From positions 86,778,236 through 86,842,235 of the forward strand of contig NC_052161.1 of assembly GCF_902713615.1 (NCBI RefSeq): DNA of 64,000 nt, written 5' to 3'. The notes below the pieces were generated by a model. It worked only from the letters and a program-made list of their open reading frames with translations, was not told where the DNA came from and did no database searches. Position numbers and translations under genes: made by a program. Of this stretch, positions 14,035-25,899 are shown piece after piece (position 1 is the first letter of the stretch; each line of letters opens with the position of its first letter). This stretch comes from Scyliorhinus canicula (Eukaryota).

Positions 14035-14400
14035 TGTAGTGATCTCCATGTGTGCATGTGCAGAAGGGGTTAATGTGTAATCAGTAGCACCAGATGATCA
14101 CTAGAGGGCCGGACCAACAGGGGTATAAAGGCAACCACATTGGGTCTCTCTCGCTTTTGTGGGTGTACTGTGACCAGGGAAATAGCAGATTAGTTCAGAT
14201 GACTAGCGGAGTTATGTATAGTTACTGTAGTTAGATCTTGTCAACCTTACCATTAGTATCAAAGTTAAAATAAAGAACTCATGCAATTATTGTTATAGTT
14301 ACTCAATAAACCTTTTGTTACGACTGGACGAGTTTGAGTCTTCTTCATCGAGATTCAGAAGACCTCATCACTAACCGCGGTTTGAGTAACACATATTACA
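14035..14400 (+). mobile_element. Solo LTR
   Basis: TGTAGT..ATTACA ends, gtataaa and aataaa on the plus strand. TSD not clear. Confidence 0.72.
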
Positions 14401-14465
14401 CTCCGTAGTATATCAAGACACAGAGAGAAGTGTAATAAAAGATAATACAGCAGCGTAATTCATCA

Positions 14466-17400
14466 AATTTACAGTGTAGAAGGAGGCCATTCGGCCCATC
14501 AAGTTTGCACCGGCCCTTGGAAAGAGCAGCCTACTCAAGCCCACACCTCCACTCTATCCCAGTAACCCCACTCAACCTTTTTGGTGGCTAAGGACAATTT
14601 ATCATGGCCAATCCACCTAACCTGCACATCTTTGGACTGTGGGAGGAAACCGGAGCACCCGGAGGAAACCACGCACACACGGGGAGAACGTGCAGACTCC
14701 ATGTGGCGAATGTATTGCTACTACAATTCACCACTGTATTGTACTGGATTATGTTGATGCCCTTGTGGCCTCCGCCTGTGGCTCCGCCCCCTCGGGGGTG
14801 GTATATAAATCTGCAGCTTGTAGGCGGCACTCAGTACAGAGCAGTCGCAGGCAGGCACAGATCTAGCTTATTAAAACCACTGTTCACTTCTACAAAGCAT
14901 CTCGTGTAAATTGATGGTCGCATCAATTTAATTAGCTACGATATCGCAATGGAAGCCACCCTCAAACCTGATCGACTGGAACTCGACCCACAGGCAGCTG
15001 AAGCCAAAGGAATCTTCTCACATTGGCTCCGCTGCTTTGAGGCCTACCTCGTTGCCTCCTCCTCACTCGCCATCACCGAGGCACACAAGCTGAGTCTCCT
15101 CCACATCTGGGTGAGCCACAGAATCTCAGTACTAATCGAAGACGTGACCACGTACGCAGACGCGTTCGCAATCCTGAAAAGACATTATGTGAGGCCGGTG
15201 AACGAAGTGTTAGCGCGGCATCTCCTCACCACACGTCGTCAACGCCCCGGGGAATCACTGCAGGAATATCTGCGCGACCTGAGGGTACTCGCTCGGAACT
15301 GTAACTACAAGGACGTCACGGCCTCGCAGCACATGGAACTCGTCATCCGGGACTCCTATGTGGCTGGAGTCCGGTCCAACTATGTCAGACAGCGCCTGCT
15401 CGAAAAGGGCGCCCTCGACCTAGAAGAGACGGTAAAACTATCCACCTCGTTAGAGGTAGCCTTCCAGAGCGTAAATGCTTTCCCCTCTGACCACGCAATT
15501 TCCTCGTGGGCGCCGGAGGCGCGACCATCCCCCGACCCGAAGGTGTCCCATGTGCCGCGTGGCTGCCCGCCCAACCCGGAGGGCCGCCCTGCTATTTCTG
15601 CGGTCAGAACCAGCACCCCAGGTAACGTTGCCCAGCTCAGAATGCGACCTGCAGCGACTGCGGCAAGAAAGGACATTTTGCCAAAGTCTGCTTGGCCCGA
15701 CTCAAAGTTCCAAAATCGCAGGCCGGACTCACAGGCCCGCAGACCCCACAGCGTGACTGCATGCCTGCCGGTACCGCCCCCTTCTGACGCGTCATCCGCC
15801 TCGTGCTATCTGTGGGGGCCGCCATCTTTAACTCTGCCCGACACGTGCGACTCATGGGGGCCGCCAACTTGGCCGCCATCTTCAACCCAGCCCGCCATGT
15901 GCGACTCATGGGGGCCGCCATCTTCAATGCCGCCCAACGCGTGCGACCGATAGGGGCCACCATCTTGGCTGCCATCTTGGGACCACCCCGCTACCACCGT
16001 CCACACCGGCTACCCGCAGCTTGGCGCTGTCACTCTCGACCAGTCATGACCTAAGCACCTCAAGAACTCCATGATGACCGTCCGGGTTCATGGGTGCGAA
16101 ATGCACTGTCTGTTTGACTCTGGGAGCACGGAGAGCTTCATCCATCTGGACACGGTGAGGTTCTGCTCTCTCCAGATTTCCCCACATCCCAAACAATCTC
16201 GCTTGCTTCTGGATCACATTCAATGCAGATCCGGGGGAACAGTGTCGCGAACCTCGCGATACAGGGCACCGAGTATGCCAACTTTAAACTCTATGTCCTC
16301 CCCCATCTCTGCGCTCCTCTCTTGTTAGGACTGGATTTCCAGTGAAACCTCTGAAGCCTGACCCTCACGTTCGGTGGACCCCTACCCCCTCTCACCGTAT
16401 GTAGCCACGCGACCCTTAAGGTCGCCCCCTCCCTCGCTCTTCGCGAACCTCACCTCCGACTGTCAACCCGTCGCCACCAGGAGCAGGCGGTATAGTGCCC
16501 ACAATAGGACTTTTATCAAGTCCGAGGTCCAGCGGCTCTTGAGGGAAGGGACCATCAAGGCCAGTAATAGCCCCTGGAGAGCCCGAGTGGTGGTCATCAG
16601 GACTGGGTAAAAGAACCGGAGGTTGTAGACTATAGCCAGACCATGAATCGGTACACGCACCTCGATGTGTACCCCCTTCTCCGCATAGCAAACATGGTTA
16701 ATCAGATTGCACACTACCGGGTTTTCTCCACGGTAGATCTGAAATCCGCATGCCATCAGCTCTCGATCCGCTCGGCAGACCGCCACTACACTGCCTTTGA
16801 GGCAGACGGCCACCTCTTCACTTCCTCAGGGTCCCCTTCGGCGTCATCAATGGGGTCTCGGTTTTCCAAAGAACGATGGACCGAATGGTGGACCAGTACG
16901 GGATGTGGGCCACGTTCCCGTACTTGGATAACGTCACCATCTGCAGCCATGATCAGCAGGACCACAACGCTAACCTTCAGAAGTTCCTCCAAACCGCCCA
17001 AGCCCTTAATCTCACCTACAACAAGGAGAAATGCGTTTTCCGCACAACCTGACTAACCAAGCATTGTGGAAAACGGAGTCAGAGGGCCCGACACCGACCG
17101 CATGCGCTCCCTCCTGCAACTCCCCCTTCCCCACTGCTCCAAGGCCCTGAAAAGATGCCTGGGGTTCTTTTCATATTATGCCCAGTGGGTCCCTAACTAT
17201 GCAGACAAAGCCCGCCCACTAATCAAAGCCACCATCTTCCCCCTGACGACTGAGGCCTGCCTGGCCTTCAGCCACATCAAGGCAGACATTGCCAATGCAC
17301 GCTGTGGACGAGTCCATCCCCTTCCAGGTGGAGAGCGACACGTCAGATGTCGCCCTGGCCGCTACCCTTAAGCAGGCAGGCCCGTGGCCTTCTTTTCCTT

Positions 17401-18845
17401 CAACGCCTCCAAGGTTCAAGACTCCTCTGTCAAAAAGGAAGCTCGAACCTCCAGATGCCCTGTCCTGCGGCACATGTGCCAGCGCGCAAGATGACCGACT
17501 CCGGGCCATCCACAATGACCTCTGCCACCCAGGGGTCACCCGGCTTCTGCACTTCATCAAGGCCCGCAACCTGCCCTACTCCACCGAGGAGGTCAGGGCC
17601 ATGACCAAGGACTGCCAAATCTGCGCGGAGTGTAAGCCGCACTTCTATCGACCGGACAAGGCCCACCTGGTGAAGGCATCCCGCCCCTTTGAGCGCCTCA
17701 GCATCAATTTCAAAGGGCCCCTCCCCTCCACTGACTGCAATGTGTATTTTCTCAACGTCGTTGACGAGTATTCCCGTTTCCCCTTTGCCGTCCCATGCCC
17801 CGACATGACCGCGGCCACTGTCATTAAGGCCCTGCACAGCATCTTCACCCTGTTTGGTTTCCCCACTTACATCCACAGTGACCGGGGCTCCTCGTTTATG
17901 AGCGACGAACTGCGTCAGTACCTGCTCGGTAAAGGCCGTCCTTCTGGTGCTACGGTCTAGAAGTCTCCCGGTTTCCCGCTGGCAGGAGGTCCTCCCCAAC
18001 GTGCTCCACTCCATTCGGTCGCTCCTCTGCACAGCCATGAACAAGACCCCTCATGACCGTCTATTCGTCTTCCCCAGGAAATCCTCCAGAGTCTCGCTTC
18101 CGTCCTGGCTGACAACACCGGGGTCTGTCCTCCTCCGGAAGCACGTGAGGAGCCATAAGTCCGACCCCCTGGTTGAGAGGGTCCAGCTCCTACAAGACGG
18201 CCGACAAGATACAATCTCCCTCCGGGATCTGGCACCCGCCGGTTACCCAGCGACCTTCACCCCCCACACCGAACATCGCCCCTGTCCCTACACCCCCCCT
18301 CCCCCATCGCCGACCCACCGTGATGAAGCTCCAGACGACACGCTCCAAGAGTCAACGAACCCAACACCTGTGCCCGCAGCGACGAGTTCAACACCCGTGC
18401 CCGCAGCAAAGCCGGAGCTGAGACGATCACAGAGAACGATCAAGGCGCCGGACAGGCTTGATCTGTGAGCCCACTTCACCCCTGCTGGACTTCAATTTTT
18501 TTAAATTTTTTTGGACGTCAATTTTTTAACAGGTGGTGAATGTGGTGAACGTATTGCTGCTAAAATTCACCATTGTATTGCACTGTATTACGTTGATGTC
18601 CTTGTGGGCTCCGCCCCCTCGGGGGTGGTATATAAAACTGCAGCTTGTCGGCGGCACTCAGTACAGAGCAGTCGCAGGCAGGCACAGATCTAGCTGATTA
18701 AAACCATTGTTCACTTCTACTAAGCATCTCGTGTGAATTGATGGTCGCATCACTCCTGACAGACGGTGACCCAAGCCAGGAATCGAACCTTGGGACTCTG
18801 GAGCTGTGAAGCAACTGTGCTAACCACCGTGCTACCATGCTACCC
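14466..18845 (-). mobile_element. SINE split by the Gypsy insertion (14466-14701 and 18753-18845)
   Basis: The two halves join into one SINE across the TSD. Confidence 0.85.
14702..18752 (+). mobile_element. Gypsy LTR retrotransposon with both LTRs (14702-14925 and 18541-18752), inserted into a SINE
   Basis: gag ORF 14949-15953, protease FDSGS, RT YLDNVTI, integrase HSDRGSSF, and a polypurine tract before the 3' LTR. TSD CTCC(A/T). RNase H is partly deleted. Confidence 0.93.
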
Positions 18846-19100
18846 ATATGAAAGAGCCTTTTGACAAAAGAGCCTTTGCCTCCCTGATCACCCGCCGGAG
18901 AATCCTGCTCGGTTGGCGATCAGCAGCGCCATTCAAGGCTGCAGATTGGCCGGCAGACCTGGCAGAATTTCTCCAAATGGAGAAAATAAAATGTTTCCAT
19001 CTGGGGGTCGGAAGAGGGCTTCCACCGCAGGGGACTGGGCAAGGTGGAGCCCAAACCAAACTATAAATAGACACTTGTAAGTACGTGCTGTGGCCATACT
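18846..19100 (+). mobile_element. L1 3' fragment
   Basis: AFASLITRRRILLGWRS motif, as in the other L1 C-termini here. Confidence 0.7.
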
Positions 19101-19302
19101 GGGGACTGTAACATATGTATGCTGGCTAAAGGGGTGTCACAGCCATAGTGGGAGGGAAGACACTGGATTGGAAAGAGATGTGTTGGCTTCAGTTTCTCTT
19201 TTCCATTTTCATTTTTGCTGCGGTTTTGTAATTTGGAATTTATGAATTGTTGAATATAAAATATGAAAATCCAATGAAAGCATTTCTATTTCGTTATTTA
19301 AT

Positions 19303-19507
19303 TTTTAATTTAGTTTTTCCAATTAAGGGGCAATTTAACATGTCCAATTTACCGACCTGCACATCTTTGGGTTGTGGGGGTGAAACCCACGCAAAAACAC
19401 TGGGAGAAATGTGCAAACTCCACACGGACAGTGATCCGGGGCCGGATCGTACCTGGGATTTGGCGCCATGAGGCAGCAGTGCCAACCACTGTGCCGCCGT
19501 GCTGTCC
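19303..19507 (-). mobile_element. tRNA-derived SINE
   Basis: Conserved head and body. Confidence 0.88.
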
Positions 19508-19519
19508 TGAAAACATTTA

Positions 19520-20125
19520 AAAAAAATAAATACTGTGGTTACCAGAGCAGGTCAGAGGCTGGGAATCCTGTGGAGAGTAACTCACCTCCTGACTCCCCCC
19601 AAAGCCCGCCCACCATCTACAAAGACACAAATCAGGAGTGTGATGGGAAACTCTCCCACTTGCCTGGACGAGTGCAGCTCCCAACAACATTCGAGAAGCT
19701 CGACAACATCCAGGACAAAGCAGTCCGGCTTGACTGACACGCTAACCACAAATATTCACTCCCTCCTCACTGACGCACAGCGGCAGTCATGTGTAATGTC
19801 TATAAGATGCACCGCAGCCACTCGCCAAGGCTTCTTTAACAATACCTTCCAAACCCTCCACCACTACCGTCAAGAAGGACAAGGGGGGGGGGGTGGGTGG
19901 TCAGCAGATACATGGGGAACACCCACCAGCTGCAAAGATCCCCTTCCAAGCCCCACACACACCATCCCCACTGGCAAATATACTGACCCTTCACTGTCAC
20001 TGGGTCAGAATCCTGGAGTTCTCTCCCTAACAGCGCCATGGATGTACCTACACAACGCAGGGACTGCAGCGAGTCCAAGATGGCGGCTCACCCACCATCT
20101 TCTCAAGGGGGGCAATTAGGGGTGG
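19520..20125 (+). mobile_element. CR1-like LINE 3' fragment
   Basis: Degenerate RT C-terminal motifs (LDNIQDKAVRL, IYKMHC-like). Confidence 0.7.
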
Positions 20126-20194
20126 GGGGATAAACGTACCAACACATTCTAACCGGTCCCTGGAGATGCGCTCTCTCCCCGAGGAATGAGTTAC

Positions 20195-20563
20195 CTGTGA
20201 TCACGTCAAGATGTATTTTCGCGCGAGCTTCAGAAGACTTGAATCTGAATTCACACACGAAATAGCCGACGTCCCCAGGCTGAACGTTGGAGACAGTGAG
20301 CGAGAAGTTTCCAGACTGCCGCCTGCTGGATATGCGGCTCCTCTTCACCAGGTCAATGTTCCCCCTGCTGGGAATATTGCTGTAGTCATAGCGTAAGATC
20401 AATTTAGCAGACTGGTCGCTCTCGCTCGGATGCCATTTCCACCCGCCAGACATTTTGGTTATCGGGGTCTGACTCGGATTGTTCACCTGGCAGAGGAAGG
20501 TCACCGTGTCACCCACAGTGGCGTAGATTTTGTCCCTTTCAGTCACCGGCCGGGAATACGATA
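20195..20563 (-). CDS. Ig V-set exon, CD4/LAG-3 family domain-1-like
   Basis: 369-nt exon, phase 1 at both ends. The acceptor is (ct)n..ttggcAG at 20565-20564 and the donor is ACAG|GTAAC at 20194. It reads (V)SYSRPVTERDKIYATVGDTVTFLC..GGWKWHP..RQSGNFSLTVSNVQPGDVGYFVCEFRF..IHLDVIT, with B-strand Cys, C-strand Trp and a DxGxFxC F strand. Family assignment is from remembered similarity to LAG-3/CD4 D1, not a search. Confidence 0.85.
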
Positions 20564-20574
20564 CTGCCAAGGTG

Positions 20575-20950
20575 AAACACAGAGAGAGAGACAGGGTGAG
20601 AGAGACGGAGAGAGAGAGAGAGAGCGACAGAGTGAGAGAAAGAGAGATGGAGTGAGAGAGACAGCATGAGAGACAGGGTAAGAGTCAGATTGAGAGAGAC
20701 AAAGAAAGAGAGAGAGATAGAGAATGACACACAGAGACACCAAGAGACGGAGACAGACAAATAGAGAGCGACAGAGAGAGAAAGAGAGGGAGGCAGACAG
20801 ATAGGGAGAGCGACGGAGACAGAGAGAGCAGGAGAGAGAGAGAGAGAGGTGGAGAGCGAGACGGAATGGGGGAAAGATGGAGAGTGACGGAAAGAGTAAA
20901 ACGGAGGGAGAGAGAGAGAGTGTGAGAGAGGGAGAACAACAGAGACAAAG
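20575..20950. repeat. Degenerate (GA)n-rich tract next to the V-exon acceptor
   Basis: Seen directly. It is pyrimidine-rich on the gene strand. Confidence 0.9.
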
Positions 20951-20984
20951 AGTCAATTACAGTTTCAAACACAAGTCAATCTGC

Positions 20985-21705
20985 CACTCCCAGGACAGGG
21001 ACAGCACAGGGTTAGATACAGAGTAAAGCTCCCTCTACACTGTCCCCATCAAACACTCCCAGGACAGGTACAGCACGGGGTTAGATACAGAGTGAAGCTC
21101 CCTCTACACTGTCCCCATCAAACACTCCCAGGACAGGTACAGCACGGGGTTAGATACAGAGTAAAGCTCCCTCTACACTGTCCCCATCAAACACTCCCAG
21201 GACAAGTACAGCACTGGGTTAGATACAGAGTAAAGCTCCCTCTACACTGTCCCCATCAAACACTCCCAGGACAGGTACAGCACGGGGTTAGATACAGAGT
21301 AAAGCTCCCTCTACACTGTCCCCATCAAACACTCCCAGGACAGGTACAGCACGGGGTTAGATACAGAGTAAAGCTCCCTCTAAACTGTCGCCATCAAACA
21401 CTCCCAGGACAGGTACAGCACGGGGTTAGATACAGAGTAAAGCTCCCTCTACACTGTCCCCATTAAACACTCCCAGGACAGGTGCAGCACGGGGTTAGAT
21501 ACAGAGTAAAGCTCCCTCTACACTGTCCCCATCAAACACTCCCAGGACAGGGACAGCACGGGGTTAGATACAGAGTAAAGCTCCCTCTACACTGTCCCCA
21601 TCAACCACTCCCAGGACAGGGACAGCACGGGGTTAGGTACAGAGTAAAGCTCCCTCTACACTGTCCCCATCAGGACAGGTGCAGCACGAGGTTAAATACA
21701 GAGTA
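20985..21705 (+). repeat. 69-bp tandem repeat, about 10 units, in the leader-to-V intron
   Basis: Unit cccaggacaggtacagcacggggttagatacagagtaaagctccctctacactgtccccatcaaacact. Confidence 0.95.
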
Positions 21706-21714
21706 AAATCTTAC

Positions 21715-21772
21715 CATGTTGCAGTGATGTTAGGAACAGCACCAGCTCATATATTCTCCCTTGAGCACACAT
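21715..21772 (-). CDS. Signal-peptide exon of the same Ig gene (MCAQGRIYELVLFLTSLQH+G)
   Basis: ATG at 21772, then 19 codons plus 1 nt, then donor GTAAG at 21714. G+TA gives Val in frame with the V exon. Hydrophobic core LVLFLTSL. A likely acceptor (tttctaacttcacAG, 21834-21833) implies the exon starts at 21832 with a 5' UTR. Confidence 0.8.
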
Positions 21773-22094
21773 TTCAGTGATGGGTATTTTTCCTGTGCTT
21801 TTGTTAGTGCAGCTCGCTGATCTTTACCCCTTCTGTGAAGTTAGAAATTGATCATTTTGGTTATTGAATGTTTGGTGTAGTTAAGTCACTGATGTTGTTC
21901 ACAACTGTGGACACATGACCACCTTCGAAATGAGAGTACAGCTTGGATTCAGAAACTAGCAGCAGTTTTATATGACTTGCGCAGACCTCTTGTGGCGTTA
22001 CTGAAATGAAAATCCGCATGGACCCGTGCTGCCAATGGCATCACTCACGAACACTGACACTTGCTAAAGACCTCCATATATATATATATATAAT

Positions 22095-25000
22095 TGATAT
22101 GCCATCAATTAAGACGGAGAACGCAGAGTGAATTAACTATGGCTTTAATTGACTTACAACCGAACTGGCAGTGTGGCTCAGAATGAGGCAGTGTGAAAGG
22201 TCGGCAGCCAGGCCCTAGCGGGAGGAGCATGGGCCGAGCCAAAACCGTACAACATGTAATATAGTGTCAATACCATGCAATACGTAATACTGTGGCAGCA
22301 CAATACAACACAGTGGTTTCACCACATTCACCCCCTGTTTAAAAAAAGTCCGTCGGGGATGAAGTGAAGTGAAGCGTACAAATTGCGTCAGAGATTGAGC
22401 CTGATTGTCCGCCGTGACCGCCTGAGGTGTGGGCATAGTAGTCGGCGGAAGCGTTGAGGCTGGCGTGTCCGGGAGAATGACAGCTTCTGTGTTCCCAGAT
22501 GGGGGGGGGCAGCAACGGGGGAAGGGGGTATAGGGTTGGGTTGAGTAGTAGTAGTAGAGGGGAGGAATAGGGTCGGGAGCACCGGTAACAGTTGCTGGGG
22601 AACCTGCGGATGCCAAATCTCTAAGGGAGACTGTGTCCTCCTGCCCGTCATGGTGAGCCACGTAGGCGTACTGGGGATTCGCATGGAGAAGAAGAACCCT
22701 CGCGACCAGAGGATCTGACTTATGAGTCCTCACATGCCGTCGGAGGAGGACGGGCCGTGGAACCGTCAGCCAGGTTGGGAGCGAGACCCCCGAGGTGGAC
22801 CTTCTGGGGAAGGCAAACATCCTCTCGTGGGGGTCACATTAGTAGCGGTGCAGAGAAGCGACCGGATGGATTGGAGTGCCTCGGGAAGGACCTCCTGCCA
22901 GCGGGAGACTGGGAGACCTCTAGACCGTAGGGCCAGAAGGACGGCCTTCCAGACCGTCGCATTGTCCCTCTCCACCTGTCCCTTTCCCCGGGGATTGTAG
23001 CTGGTCATCCTGCTGGAGGCGATGCCCTTGCTAAGCAGGAATTGACGCAGCTTATCACTCATGAAGGAGGAACCCCGATCACTCTGGATGTAAGTGGGGA
23101 AACCGAACAAGGTGAAGACACTGCTCAGGGCCTTGATGACGGTGGCAGAGGTCATGTCAGGGCATGGGATGGCAAAAGGGAAGCGTGAGTACTCGTCAAG
23201 GATGTTGAGGAAGTACACGTTACGGTTAGTGGAGGGGAGGGGCCCTTTGAAATCCATGCTGAGGAGCTCAAAGGGGCGTGAGGCCTTTACCAGGCGTGCT
23301 CTATCTGGCCGATAGAAGTGCGGTTTGCAGTCCGCGCAGACCTGGCAGTCCCTGGTCGTGGTTCTGACCTCCTCGATGGAGTAAGGCAGGTGACGGGCCT
23401 TGATATAATGGAAAAGCCGGGTGACCCCCGGGTGACAGAAGCCATTGTCGAGGGCCCGCAGTTGGTCAACTTGTGCGCTGGCACAAGTACCGCTGGAAAG
23501 GGCATCTGGGGGCTCATTAAGCTTCCCAGGACGATGCTGGATATCATAGCTGTTGGTAGAGAGTTCGATCCTCAGCCGTCAGGGGAAATGTATTGGTTTT
23601 AATAAGTGGGCGGGCTTTGTCCGCTTAGTTGGGGTCCCACTGTGCATAGTAGGAGAAAAGCACCAGGCATCGTTTGAGGACCTTGAGGCTGTGAGGAGGG
23701 GGAAATTCTGTGAGGGGGCGCATGCGGTCGGGGTCGGGCCCTCTGACTCCGTTTTCACGACATAGCCGAGGATGGCCAGCCAGGTTGTGCGGAAAATGCA
23801 CTCCTCCTTGTTGTAGGTCAGGTTCAGGAGCTGGGCAGTGTGGAGGAATTTCTTGAGGTTAGCGTCGTGGTCCTGCTGATCATGGCTGCAGATAGTGACA
23901 TTATCTAAGTACAGGTATGTAGCCCGCAGCCCGTACTGGTCCACCATTCCATCCATCACTCGCTGGAAGACCGAGACCCCATTGATGACGCCAAAGGGAA
24001 CCCGGAGAAAGTGGTAGAGGCGGCCAGCTGCCTCAAAGGCAGTGTACGTGCGGTCCTCTGGGCGGATTGGGAGCTGGTGGTATGCGGACTTCAGGTCCAC
24101 GGTGGAGAAGACCCGGTACTGCACAATCTGATTGACCATGTCAGATATGCGGGGGAGGGGGTACGCATCGAGCTGCGTGTACCGGTTGATGGTCTGACTG
24201 TAGTCGATGACCAACCAGTGCTTCTCCCCAGTCTTGACGACCACCACCTGTGCTCTCCAGGGGCTGTTACTGCCCTCTATGATCCTTTCTCTCAGGAGTC
24301 GCTGAACCTCCGACTTGATGAAGGTCATGTCCCGAGCACTGTATTGTCTGCTCTTAGTGACGACGGGCTTACAGTCTGGAGTGAGGTTGGCAAAGAGCGA
24401 GGGAGGGTGACCCTAAGGGTCGAGAGGCTACAGATGGTGAGAGGCGCCAGGGGTCCATCGAACTTCAGGGTTCGGAGGTTGGACTGGAAGTCGAGACCCA
24501 GAAAAATTGCCACGCAGAGGTGTGTGAGGTCAAAGAGCTTAAAATTTTTGAAAGATGTGCCCCGTACCATGAGGGTCACAGCACAGTACCCACGGATTTG
24601 CTCGGTATGCGACCTAGAGGCCAGGCAGATTTTCTGGGCTGCGGGTAAAATGGGAAGGGAGTAGCGCCGGACCGTGTCCGGGTGTATAAAGCTGTCTGTG
24701 CTCCGGAGTCAAAATGGCAGGCCGTCTCGTGGCCATTGATCCGGACCACCATTGTAGATTTAGCGAGGCCACGAGGTTGAGACTGGTCTAGGGTGATTGA
24801 GGCGGCCACGGGACGGCGGGCTGGCTTCGGACGGCGGGTTGGGTTCGGACAGCAGGCGGGCTGGTCGAGAGTAGCGGAGGCCAGCTGATGGACGGGCGAG
24901 CCGGAGTCCCAGGAGGTGGCGGTGGACTTCAAAAATGGTGGAGATGGCAGCCCCCGCGATTCGCACGTGGCAGTTGGCGTCGAGGATACCGGACCCCGCG

Positions 25001-25875
25001 GGTCGCATGTGGCTGGTGGCGTCGAAGATGGCGGCCCCCGCGTCCCCAAGGGTGCCACGTGGTCGGAGGCACAGGCACCCATGTCACGGAAGGCCACCTC
25101 CAGCAACCTGCACCGTTTCCTGGAGGTCGAGTGCCTCCCTCTCTAGCAGGTGTTGGCGAACGCAGTGTGAGTCAATGCCGGCAACATAGGTGTCCCGGAT
25201 CAGGAGTTCGGTGGGCTTAGCAGCCGACACCGCCTCGCCGTTGCAGGCCCCGCCAAGCACCCGCAAAACGCACAGAAATTCTGCCAGCGACTCTCCAGGG
25301 AGCTGACGCCATGTGGCAAGGAGGTTCCTGGCGAACAGTCCGTTAACCCGCCTCACAGACCGTCCTTTCAAGAGAGAGTGATAGCTTCATCAAACGAGGC
25401 CGCGTCCCAGAAGATGAGAACAATTTGCGGGCTCACCCGGGAGATGAGGACTCGCAGCTTGTGTTCCTCGGAGACGGCGACGGCGGCAGAATTGATGAAG
25501 GATTCTAGACAACGAAGCCAGTGTGCGAAGAAGACATCGGCGTCGGCTCATTGGGGGTCGACCTGCGGGAGGTCCGGTTTGAGACCCGGATCCATGTTAA
25601 ACAGCTCTTTGATTCAATGTAAGTCAATTAAATTGATATGCCATCAATTAAGATGGAGAACGCAGAGTGAATTAACTATGGCTTTAATTGACTTACAACA
25701 GAATTGCCTGTGTGCCCCAGAATGAGGCAGTGTGAAAGGTCAGCAGCCTATATACCCAGGCCCTCGTGGGACGAGACACGGGCAGAGCCAAAACCGTACA
25801 ACAAATAATATAGTGGCAGTACTGTACAACATGTAATACTGTGGCAGCACAATACAACACAGTGGTTACACCACA
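22095..25875 (-). mobile_element. Gypsy LTR retrotransposon with both LTRs (25875-25634 and 22326-22095), in the putative intron 1 of the Ig gene
   Basis: Perfect 5-bp TSD ATAAT (22090-22094 and 25876-25880). RT ORF 23579-24328, integrase ORF 22766-23257, polypurine tract aaacagggggtgaa. Confidence 0.94.
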
Positions 25876-25899
25876 ATAATCAAATAGGAACATGCTTAC

